Part shown: piece after piece, positions 16,285 through 27,292 of the stretch
How the letters are laid out: each line of letters starts with the position of its first letter
Position numbering within the stretch: position 1 is the first letter of the stretch
Origin: the human T2T-CHM13v2.0 reference genome, Homo sapiens
DNA: 64,000 bases
Direction: 5' to 3' (one strand)
Assembly (NCBI RefSeq): GCF_009914755.1
Contig: NC_060936.1
Translations under genes and position numbers: made by a program
The notes under the pieces: model-generated
Seen by the model: only the letters and a program-made list of their open reading frames with translations
The model's database searches: none
Told to the model about the DNA's origin: nothing

Positions 16285-16855
16285 TTATTTTTTTCTTTTA
16301 GGATATGGCTCTCCTCAGAGAATAGTTTCATATTCATTTTCTATGTGGTACTGTTCTTTCTGAAATTCTTCTATGGGTCAACATACACTGACATGAACAA
16401 TCCCTGTTAAATTTTCCAATCTTCTGTGCCATGCTTCTATGTTGTTTTTGGTACACTAAAATTCATTTTACGTGCATTCATATACAGATCACAAATTTGG
16501 CAAAAACAATGCTGATAACGAAACTGCAACACCATTGCATAAGTGTCTTCTTGTCCTACCATGCACATAATTATTTTGGAACCAGTCAGTAACTTCACTG
16601 GCTTCTTTAGGCAAATGTGGTTTTAATTCATTAAAAACTCCTGGAATGTTATCAGCTATCAGAAAACAAAGTTTTCATTATTGTTGTATTGCTTAGCCAA
16701 TTTACACATCTGGATTTTCTACCAAATGCATTGGGCTTAATGGAAAAAACAAACTTTATGGATAATACCTTGAAATTCACTTTTAGAAGACTTGATCTCA
16801 ATTATCAATCTGTTATTATGTTTTGAGGATGCAATTAAAATCCATTTTCTTTTGC
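16285..16855 (-). pseudogene. Decayed MULE transposase, C-terminal half
   Basis: My minus-strand translation gives EFQGIIHKVCFFH*AQCIW*KIQ (CxxH at 16740-16751) and IPGVFNELKPHLPKEASEVTDWFQNNYVHG...LFLPNL*SVYECT*NEF*CTKNNIEAWHRRLENL (NNIEAWH at 16426-16446). Confidence 0.8.
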
Positions 16856-17954
16856 ATAAAGACAGTAACAAGAGAAGAGTTCTGCTTGACATGATGCAAC
16901 TACCCTGTGATTGTAATTTTAGAGATTTTAGATATTAGGAATTTTAGATTTTAGAGATTTTAGACTTTAGCAATTTTGATCTTCCATGATTTTGACATTT
17001 GGAATTATGGTGTTCTGGATTGTGCCCTTGGGGATTATGATCCAAACCCATTTTCAAGATACAATGGTGGAACAGGCATAGGGTTAACATTCCCTTTCCA
17101 AAAGAAAGAGACAGGCAAAAAGAAATGAATAACTAGCCCAAAGCAACTCCAAAACCTAACAGGACAGGCATTAAATCTTCAGGTTCTAGAAAAATATTTC
17201 ACTGCATATGTTGCCTTCAGGACACATTGGGATAGGGGTTGGGACCCCAGTGTCTTGGGATGTCCCACCCCCATGGCATTGCTGAGCTTAGCTCACATGG
17301 CTGCTTTCAAAGGTTGAAGTTGCACACGAGAACTTGCAGCTTTCCCAGGCAGGTATTGCACACTGTCAGTGGCTCTACAGGTATAGGGTTCACGGGAAAA
17401 AAAGATACATTAGGAATTCTAGTGGAGGCTATCTGTGGCAGTTCCACTCTTGTGGCAGGTTTCTGCCCGGACTCCCAGGAAGTTTGATACATCCTTTGAA
17501 ATCTAGGTGAAGGACATCATGCCTGCACTGCTCCTGCATTGTTCATCCCTGCAGAATTAGCATCACATAGGCATAGATGTTACTAAGGCTTACTGCATGT
17601 ACCCTCTGGAGAAGTGGCATGAGCTGCATCTGAGCCCATTCAAACCATGGCATGGGACTGCCAAGGTTAACAACTTCCTTTTTGGAGCACTGGGTTGAGC
17701 CCCAGCTAGGGCCATTTGGGCCACAGCTGGAGTTGCTGAGGAACACTCTGCTGAGATGCAGGAAGCAAAGTCTCAAGGTGGCCCTGGTCAGTGAGCCTGT
17801 GCAGGGCACCTTGGGCTTGTCACATGAGACTAGTCGGCCCTCCTAGGCTTCTGGGCCTGTGATAGAAGGTGCAGTTTTGGAGATCTCTGAAATGCATTAG
17901 GGGTTTTTCCCCCAGTGTCCTGCTGACTAGCATCTGGCTCCCTTCTGTTTATGC

Positions 17955-18185
17955 TCATCTGTTTAGTAACTGGTTGCTTGGCCATACCCTTCTTTTGTTC
18001 TCCTGAACACACTTTTTATTCTTTACATAGCCAGGCTGTGAATTTTCCAAAGTTTTATGCTCTGCTTTCCTTTTAATTATAAATTCTGTGTTTAAATCAT
18101 CCCTTTGATCCCATAACTCACCGTAAGCAGCCAAAAGTAACCACACCTCATCTTGAGCAATTTCCTGCTTAGCTGTTTCTTCCAC
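17955..18185 (-). pseudogene. MaLR internal gag-like ORF remnant
   Basis: The track peptide EETAKQEIAQDEVWLLLAAY...KRKAEHKTLENSQPG resembles the THE1/MST internal ORF and lies inside the MST provirus. Confidence 0.65.
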
Positions 18186-19149
18186 CAGAAATTCTCATTT
18201 ATCACACTTAAATTCCACCTTTCATAAAGCCCTAGGGCATGAACACAACATGCCTAGTTTTTTTCTTGCTACTTTATAACATGGATGGCCTTTATTTTAG
18301 TTTCTAATAGAGTATTCCTTATTTCCACCTAAGACCTCATCAGAATGATGTTTACTATTAGAATTTTTTATCAACATTCTTGTCACGACCACTTAAGTAA
18401 CCTGAGAAGTTTCAGAGTTTTCCTAGTTTTCTTGTCTTTTGACCCCTCACCAGAACCACCGTAAATGCTTCCTTCACTGCAATACAGGCTTTTTAACCTG
18501 GTCTTCCAGGCTCTACCAGGCACTACCCATTACCTAATTTCAAAGCTGCTTCTACATCGATATAACACCAACTCCCCCCGATACCAATTTTCTGTCTTAG
18601 TTCATTTTCTGTTGCTATAGCAAAATATCCAGTACCAGTAGTGTGAAAAGAAAACATGTTTATGTAGCTCACAATTCTGGAGGTTGGGAAGTCCAAAATC
18701 AGGTCGCTACAGATGGCTGGCTTCTGGTGAGGCCTTATACTGTGTTATAACAAGATGGAAAAGTGTAAAGGGAAGTTGGTGTGTGCCAATAGAGCAAGTT
18801 TGAAAAGTAGCCTTGCTTTATAAAAGCCTGCTCTCCCAATAACTAATCCAATTCCCTAAGAGAGCTCACTGCTACTAGAAAGATATCAATCCCTCCTAAT
18901 GACCTAATCACTTCTTAAAGGCAACACCTCCCAACACTGTCACATTAAGGACCAAGCCTCAACATGAGTTTTGGTAGAGACAAACCATAGCAAACAGATT
19001 AGAATTTTCTTGCCTGTATTATTGAATAAATGAGAGAATGAATGAATGAATCAATATAGCTTAAGGACCATACTTCATTCCTTTTTCTGGGTTGCTCAGC
19101 AAGAATATCTATCTTGAAGCTGAAACTATTTCATGTTCATGCTACATAA

Positions 19150-20620
19150 ATATATATCAAAAATTTACATGATGGTATATAATTTCACAACTTTTAATCA
19201 GTGTTGTGTTTTTGAAATTTATCTTTCTTGATATATGACTTATATGTATCATATATATCAATATGTGTATAGATATGTATTTCATCAAATAGAGAAAATA
19301 TATTTTGTGCATTCCATTGCAGATTAATATGACATTATATCTAAATCATTCCATTATAAGGAATACTATTATGAACATTCTTATGTATCCTTGTGCACAT
19401 GTGCAAATGCTTCAAGATGTGGAATTATAGGATACTAAAAGATATTTGTTCTCAGTTTTACTGTGTATTGCCAAAGAAGCCTAAATTGTTATAAAACTCA
19501 CTTCCATAAGCAATGTGTGTAAGTTTCCTCATATTGTCAAATAATTGACACCACTTAGTATCATAAGACTTTTTAAATATTTGACAATCTGATAGGAGAA
19601 AATTTTTTTTTACATTCTATTATTTTGCCTCTTCTTATTAGTAAAATCAAGTGCCTCTGTCATTCTTACTGGCCACCTTTTTCTACGTATTATGAGTTCA
19701 TATCATTTGCCAGACTTTTTATTGGATCTTGTAATTATTCCTTATCAATTTGTATGTGCATTACTAAATTCTGAACACCACCCTTTTTTATTATTGTATG
19801 TTCTTGATATATTATTTTAGAGCTCTCTATTTTTAACTTTGTTTAATTTGCCTTTATTTTATAGACTTCTTAAATTTAGAGTAATGAAATTAATAAGCTG
19901 TACATTATAATTTATGTTTCAATGCAATCTTAGAGAAAATTGGCATTATTCTTAGGTCATAAAGATATGATTCTATAAAGCTACAGATGTAATGGGTTTT
20001 CACTACTATTTTAATTTTTAGCAATCTGAAAAGTATAAGTAATATTTTTGTTACTTTAATTTGCATTTACCCAACTAATGTTCGAGTTGGTATCTATTTA
20101 TAAAATTGTTAACCTTTTGGATTTGCTACAAAATGTTAATTTATATTTGTTCCTTTACTATAGATTGTATTTTTGGTTAATTTTAAGGGCACTTTGTACA
20201 TTGTGTACATTAACCTTTTGTCTATTAACCATATTGCTAATATTTTATCCATAGTTTCATTTACTTTTAAGGACTTTGTGTATTGTGTCTTTTAGCATGT
20301 CAGATGTTAAAATTTTAATGTGGTCAATATGTCTACTTTTCCTCTTATGCCATCTGAATTTCCAATCTTGGGTACAAAGGTTTCTACTACTCCTATATTT
20401 TATATATTATTACCTGTATTTCTTAGAGTATTTAATTATTTTATATTTAATATTTAATTATTTGATCCATCTACACACTAACATTTGATGTAGTGAATGA
20501 GTCCACTTTTATTTTTTCCAGACAGAAATCAGTTGTGTTAGCATATCTTATTAAGCAATCCATCTTTTTTTTACTGAGTTAAACTATTACTTTGTCAAAT
20601 ATTTACTGTTACACTGAATC
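19150..20620 (-). mobile_element. Ancient L1M fragments
   Basis: T-rich antisense L1-like phrases (TACTATTATGAACATTCTT, TTTTAATTTGCATTT, ATTTTAATGTGGTCAA). Boundaries are approximate. Confidence 0.55.
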
Positions 20621-20661
20621 GCAAGGATAAAGTGCTTACAGAAAGAACCCTTATGCTAAAC

Positions 20662-20897
20662 CAGTGGCTCTCAAACAGGGGTAATTTACTCTACCCTCCT
20701 TCCCATCCCCCATAAGGACATTTGAAAATATCTGTAGACATTTATGGCTGTCACAAACTAGGGGGTACTATTAGCATCTAGTGGATAGAGGCTATGGATT
20801 ATGCTAAACATCCTACAACGCACAGGAAAATCCCCCAACTTCTAACGAAGAATTTTGCAGCCTTATAGGTAAATAGTTCTAAGATTGATAAACACTG
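20662..20897 (+). mobile_element. MER20 (hAT-Charlie MITE)
   Basis: TIRs CAGTGGCTCTCAA...TTGATAAACACTG, internal GCATCTAGTGGATAGAGGC...GCTAAACATCCTACAA, and a degenerate 8-bp TSD TGCTAAAC/TCCTAGAC. Confidence 0.88.
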
Positions 20898-21942
20898 TCC
20901 TAGACCCAGTGCTGCCTGGGTGTATGATACTGAGTTTTCTTTCTTGCAAAATTTCTCTATGACATGTGCCAAATTAAGATACATGACAAATATTCAGACT
21001 GTACCTGGTCATTATAATTGTTAATAGTGAAATACCTCATTAATAAGCTATAGCAGCAATTGGAGGGAATCAGGCTAGAAAATATTCCCAGAGAAGCTAT
21101 GTGACAAGTATGAATAAGAGGTCAATCAGTAAACATAAAATTGGTACCTTCCCTGAATTGAAATGGTCCATGCAAGAAGCTTCAATTTCATTTCCTGCAA
21201 TGAAGTGTACCCTTCTGAGTGAAAGGATCTACAAGTTGAGCTTGACAATCTGTGATACCTCCTGCTACAGCTGCTGATTCACTGAGATATCTATTGCCTG
21301 CTATATCCTAGATATGGCTAAGTAAATTGGGAACACAGTGTGCCTCTTCATTAATTCCAAATAAAAGAGCAGTTAATTGAGTCAGCAGTCACGTCAAATG
21401 CATAATTACTTCTAATTCTGGATTGTCTTTTCTGTTTGACCCACTTTCAAATTGACCTATTTTCTTATTCTGACACTAAAAACCTATTAACCTCGTTGCC
21501 TTTATTTTAGAATGTTCTGATCATGTGCTAAGAGTCCTGCCCACTATTCTCATTTTCATTGTTTTTCTAGATATTTTCTTGAATTTATTTTATTTCAACA
21601 TGAATTTTATTCTACCTAATTGCAAAAGAAGAAAAACCAAAAAAATAAGAGAGTGTTAGAATTCTAGCTGGAATTTATATAATTTGGTTGTGGGGGAGGG
21701 TTGTTTGTTTTTTGTTGCTGAATGACATTTTTGACATTCAGTCTTCCCATCACAGAATGGAATTTATTTCCATCTGTTCAGGTCTATTTATCTTCAATTA
21801 AGATTTTAGAGTATTCGTCATATAATTCTTGGGCCTTCCTCATTGCATTTATTCCAAAGTATTCTACAGAATATTGAATGCTGTTCTAAAGTTAAAGTAT
21901 CCAAGTGTTTATGGAGTTAAACCTAAATAATATGCATGCACT

Positions 21943-21983
21943 TGTGTGCGTGTGTGTGTGTGCATGTGTGTGTATGTATGTGT
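21943..21983. repeat. Imperfect (TG)n microsatellite
   Basis: Visible directly in the sequence. Confidence 0.85.
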
Positions 21984-24900
21984 TTTAATGTACTACTGGG
22001 TTTAGTTTGTTAATATTTTATTTAGAAATATTCATCTTTATTAGTGATTTTGACCCATGATGTTTCTTTCTCCTTCAGTATTTGTCTTCTTAGTTTCTGC
22101 AAATTCTGTTGGAAAACTTATTAGTAATTTTATATCAAATTGTTATTCTTAAATTTACAAATTTGAGGAAAAGATACTTTCAGCATTTTTGGCTAAACAT
22201 CTGAATTTTCATGACACAGGAATATTAATACATGTATACTGAACATGTTTTCAGGACAATATATTGTTAAGATTATAGACTTATGGCTGTAAATAAGTCC
22301 TTCTTCCTCATGTGAAGTTTGATTGACCTGCATACTAAGTAAATCTGCCACCTTAGCCTCACTAGTATCATGTTGGAATTAATCAAACTGTCCACTAATA
22401 AGCTCACCTCAATTACATGGATTATATCATCAGCAGAGACAAAGCAAGTTATCCCCCCACAAAATTTGCAATTCTATGTAACTCCAAAAAGTTGAATTTT
22501 AATAAATTAGAGAATTGTTATCTCCATTTCAGTTTACTCAGAATTATAGTTTTAATTATACCTGTCTTTAAGAGGTACATTTGTAAAACACTTATATTTC
22601 TTCTTCCGTAGAGTATAAATCATTATGCTCATCTTTAAACCATTTAATTTCTTAAGCACCAAACAAAATAAGTAGATAAAACCAGAGTGAGCACAACTGC
22701 AGCCAAGGTATTTCATATGCTAAAAAATTAGCCTGATATCTCCCCCACCTAAATCGTAGACTATAATATAAAAGTGCTGGACCAACTAAGAAAGCTAAAT
22801 AGCATATCTTAAAACTATCATTTAGTTATTGGTTTCACATAGCTCTATGTGGATAAGAATAAAGAGTCTTCTGATTGAAAATGTCACAATTACGCAAAAA
22901 TTGAAATGAAGAATTAAAAAGAGACCTTGAAGCAACTATGATTCATATGAACCTCCGATGTAAACTCATTCAATTTCAGTGGGATTCTAAGCCCAAAAAT
23001 CACCTAGGGAGTTGGTAAAAGATTCAGTCTTTGGTAGGTCCTGGACATTATTTTTTAAAAGTCATCTTAAATAACTGCAATGTAGATGATAACAGAGCAC
23101 ATTTTGAAAACACTACATTAAATGGTACAGACACATTGGTTCACAAAATTGATAGCCACATATTAATATAACCTCTTTGCTATATAAATTACATTATGGT
23201 TTCCTATAATTTTAATCATGACATTCAAAGGATGTGGGAAAATCATAATGATGGACATGGTGGTTTCAGCAAACATTATGTTTATTTTTAATGTTTTGTA
23301 TGAATTGTACAGTGACTTCCCTTCTTAAAAATTGACAGGATAACCATGATGTTCTCTTTAAACACCATACTTAATTAAGCATAATGTCTTAATCTTCAAA
23401 TGCTTTGAAAGAACAGAAGGTAATTTTGTATATATAAAAAATGGTTAACTATTTTAACTGTGTTTGTGTGCAGTTGTGTAGTAACTATCCTTGCTCTATT
23501 GAAAAGTCCTCAAATTACATCTATTGGTACTATTAAGCAGTGTATTTGTATATGTGTGTTTACAATGTGTGGAGATAAAAACATGGGAATTCCCATCAGT
23601 CTAAGAAAGAGATAATTATGCTATACCACCCTGAAACTTTTTATCCTTGTTTGAAGACATGGGATCTATGCCAGCTAGGTAGGTAACTGTATTATCTCAA
23701 TGGGCACCATAGCCATGGAAGATGGGAAGCTATTTATTCTTATATTTTGCATTGTCATTTCTTCACATCAGTGGTTCCACACAGAGGATGGATTGTTTGG
23801 AGGATTATATATTTTCTTGAGCAATCCTTGTTCAAAGATATTTTACAACTGTAGTCTACCATTCATAGGTTAATTATCTATAGAGTTAGAAATTATGTAG
23901 CACAGGAGAGGATCCCCCTTTGTTCGTTGAGTGCTATGCTAGCTGATGGCTTGCTGCACATAAGAAAAGAGAAGGCTTTCTTCAGCAATCTGCTCTCCAG
24001 TTTTAGATTTACAGCAAGACTCTGTCATCCACCGAAGGAAAAGGAAGGAGAAAAAAGTTTTCCAGACACCCTATCTGCTGGCCAGATAAAGATGAAAAAA
24101 CAACTTTCCATTTAAAATCATGTGTGGCTAATAATCTATAAATCATCCTCATTTACGTTTCCATTAAAATATAAATAAAGACCCTAAAATAAAAATGAAA
24201 CATAACGAATATAAGACTGACAGACACCCAGACAATTGTCAGATCTAAGGGTAAGTTCCATTACTGCAACATCCATGAAACTGAAATTAGAATATTAGTT
24301 ATGTCACATTTCTTGTCACATAAAAGAGAAATACAGAGCTCCTAATAGATTTCTTTCTCTTTTTCAATATTTTGCCCCTGGCCAGAGTTCTAGGGTCTGT
24401 GCCAAAGAAAAAAATTGGGTAGTTGTCCTTCTGTTGCATGGATATTGCTTTTCATATGTTCAAAATATGCAGCCTATTCAAGAGTACAGTTTATTCTATT
24501 TTTTTTCTAATAGGACTTTGATTCCTGGAAAACAACATACTAGCAAGCAGATGGAACTGGTGAGAGCACATTGCCACACTGATAGTGACAAGTAAATGCA
24601 TTTATTTCAATAGGCCACTCAATCCCAACTCTGACCTACCCTCAGCCACCAGAAAAAGATGCTCCAATAAAGACAGAGAGAAGGAACATGCAGCCATGAG
24701 AAGAAAGTGACGTAATATTCCCCAAAGCAGAAAATATGAAGCAAATATTGTTAAAATCAACTGAACAATAATACAAACACCAGTACATGAAAGTTACACC
24801 ATTGCAACAAAGTTAAAAGATCAACAGCAAACTGGAGATAAACATATGCTATACTAGTGGCAGGAAAATGCGAGTGTTCTCATCATGTAGAGAATCATTA

Positions 24901-25822
24901 CAATAGCACAAAAAAATAAAAAGGATGAAAACTCCAGAAGCAAAACAAAGAATCTATACTTCAAGTTCAAAAATCTGAAATAAATGTGGCTAAGAGAACA
25001 AAATAATGCAATTTTATCAGTTTTAACAAATATCTTCAAGCAAAATAAGATAGATACCAAAAACTAATAAATTAGTAAAAACAAGATAAGGGCATAAATT
25101 TATATAACTTACCTGGGTAACAATTTAGAAATCAACAGTTCTATAAAAATATTCATAGTCATTGACTCAGTAATTCTACTTCTTAAAATCTATACCAGTA
25201 AATCAAACAAATTTATTTATTGAAACACACTAATATTTAAGGATAAGAGAGTCATTCAGTAGATTATAATTAATATTATGAATTAGGCTGCAGCCATTTT
25301 TAAATAAAATAAAATGCATAGATTTTATAATACATATAGACATATATCTCATATAATATATACTAATACAGTCATTAAGTAGGCAAAAAAGAATATTGAG
25401 GAAAACAAAATGAGAACAAAATACACCATAATGCTAACAGTGGTCATCTCTATATCTCCATGACCTACCACAGAGGTTCTAGCCTGTGGTTGTATAATAG
25501 AGACTAGACATCTGCTTCCCAAGTAATTTTGATGCAGGCAGTGCACACTTTAGAGAACCCTGGCTGAAAGAATAAATTCTGTATTTTAATTAAAAAAAAA
25601 AAAAACTTGTGAAATAGACCATGCCCTTCATGACCTGGTCCTCCCCACTTCTAGTTTCATCTCACACCCTTGCCACATACTCTCAAGCCATTGATAATGT
25701 CATTCCTTCAATCAATGTTTCCTTCAGTGTAGACAAAAGTGAACACAAGATCAGACTCTCTGGGCGTGTGGCCTAAAACTGTACATGTTTTTAATATGCC
25801 TAGTGACTCTGATGCACCAAGA

Positions 25823-27121
25823 TGGTCAAGGAGAAACTCAGCTTGACTAAACTTTAGACAGGTTTCTTCAAAGTAAGCTCCTGCCTGACCTCCCTTTTCT
25901 TAGAGCATTTACATCAGAAAGTTTGTCATTGTAAATACTTTTTCTGCCTATCTGAAATATAAGTAAACCTCCCAGCCACTGGCCAGTTTTACAACCCAGG
26001 AAATATCTTTCTCATAAACCCAGGAACCATCATTTTCAAATGTAAATATAAAAGGAGATAGTGCCCCTATCTCTCAATCTCTGTGGGAGGATAGGAGCCT
26101 AACTTTGGATAAGGAATCTTGTTCTAGATTCTAAAACTACCTCCAATCACGAGGGTAGAAGAAAGTTTAATTTTCCTTTGGGTAAGGCTAATAAGCAAGC
26201 ACAGATGGCCTGAGCACAGAGAAAAACATCGGCAACCTCAGGAATAATTGCATGTGCTAGACACATCCCATTGATGAACCTGCCCATTAACATCTTCCAG
26301 TACTTTTCCACAAGTTTACTCCACTGCTTAAAAACTCTTCTGCCTTTTAGGATATGAACAGACACTTCTCAAAAGAGGACATTTATGTGGCCAACAAACA
26401 TATGAAAAAAAGCTTATCATCACTGGTCATTAAAGAAATGCAAATCAACACCACAATGAAATATCATCTCACGCCAGTTAGAATGGCAATCATTAAAAAG
26501 TCAGGAAACAACAGATGCTGGAGAGGATGTGGCGAAATAGGAATGCTTTTACATTGTTGCTGGGAGTGTAAATTAGTTAAACCATTGTGGAAGACAGTAT
26601 GGCGATTCCTCGAGGATCCAGAACCAGAAATGCCATTTGACCCAGCAATCCCATTACTGGGTATATAGCCAAAGGATTACATATCATGCTGCTATAAAGA
26701 CACATGCACACGTATGTTTATTTTGGCACTATTCACAATAGCAAAGACTTGGAACCAACCCAAATGTCCATCAATGATAGACTGTATAAAGAAAATGTGG
26801 CACATATAAACCATGGAATACTATGCAGCCATAAAAAGGGATGAAGATGGAAACCATCATTCTCAGTAAACTAACACGAGAACAGAAAACCAAACAATGC
26901 ATGTTCTCACTCATAAGTGGGAGTTGAACAATGAGAACACATGGACACAGGGAGGGGAACATCACACACCAGGGCCTGTTGGGGGGTAGGGGGCTAGGGG
27001 AGGGATAGCATTAGGACAAATACCTAATGTAGATGACGGTTTGATCGGTGCAGCAAACCACCATGGCACTTATATACCTATGTAACAAACCTGCACGTTC
27101 TGCACGTGTATCCCAGAACTT

Positions 27122-27177
<56 letters not shown>

Positions 27178-27292
27178 CAAAACCTTCTGCCTTTTGTTTC
27201 AGTGGAGTTAAGTTCACTTTTGCTCACCTGTTAGCCTGAATGAAGTCTTCCTTGACGGGTTAATTTTGGCCGGTGCAATTTTTGCTTTGACA
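25823..27292 (+). mobile_element. ERV1-class solo LTR (MER67-like), split by an L1 insertion
   Basis: CTTGACTAAACTTTAGACAGG...CCTGACCTCCCTTTTCTTAGAGCATTTAC...CTGTGGGAGGATAGGAGCCTAACTT. It resumes after the L1 and ends TTTGCTTTGACA. Confidence 0.7.
26349..27178 (+). mobile_element. 5'-truncated L1PA7-like element with an (AAT)n tail
   Basis: ORF2 C-terminus [10 protein letters not shown]...RCWRGCGE and the 3' UTR. TSD AAAAC(T)CTTCTGCCTTTT at 26331-26348 and 27179-27195. Confidence 0.93.

Larger units (their letters stand above)
14899..17049 (-). mobile_element. Ricksha-type MULE/MuDR DNA transposon
   Basis: Long imperfect TIRs. The right end reverse complement is GGGTTTGGATCATAATCCCC...AAGATCAAAAT...AAAGTCTAAAATC and the left end is GGGAG...CATAATCCCAAAT...AAGATGAAAATC...AAGTCTAAC. 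TSD of about 9 bp, ATTTTCGAA / ATTTTCAAG. The MST internal sequence resumes exactly on the far side. Confidence 0.85.
14327..18992 (-). mobile_element. Complete MST-family MaLR provirus (3' LTR about 14327-14736, internal region, 5' LTR 18593-18992), interrupted by a MULE
   Basis: Two similar LTRs starting TGTCTTA. MaLR internal sequence lies at 14737-14898 and 17050-18592. Perfect 5-bp TSD AACAG at 14322-14326 and 18993-18997. Confidence 0.9.

Noticed and set aside
16910-16990. Repeated GATTTTAGA units as a CRISPR-like or iteron array
   Set aside because: There are no unique spacers. These are subterminal repeats of the MULE TIR, mirrored at 14930-15030.
22980-23115. Possible MER5-type hAT relic (also near 25460-25565)
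   Set aside because: Too degenerate to set boundaries or family by eye.
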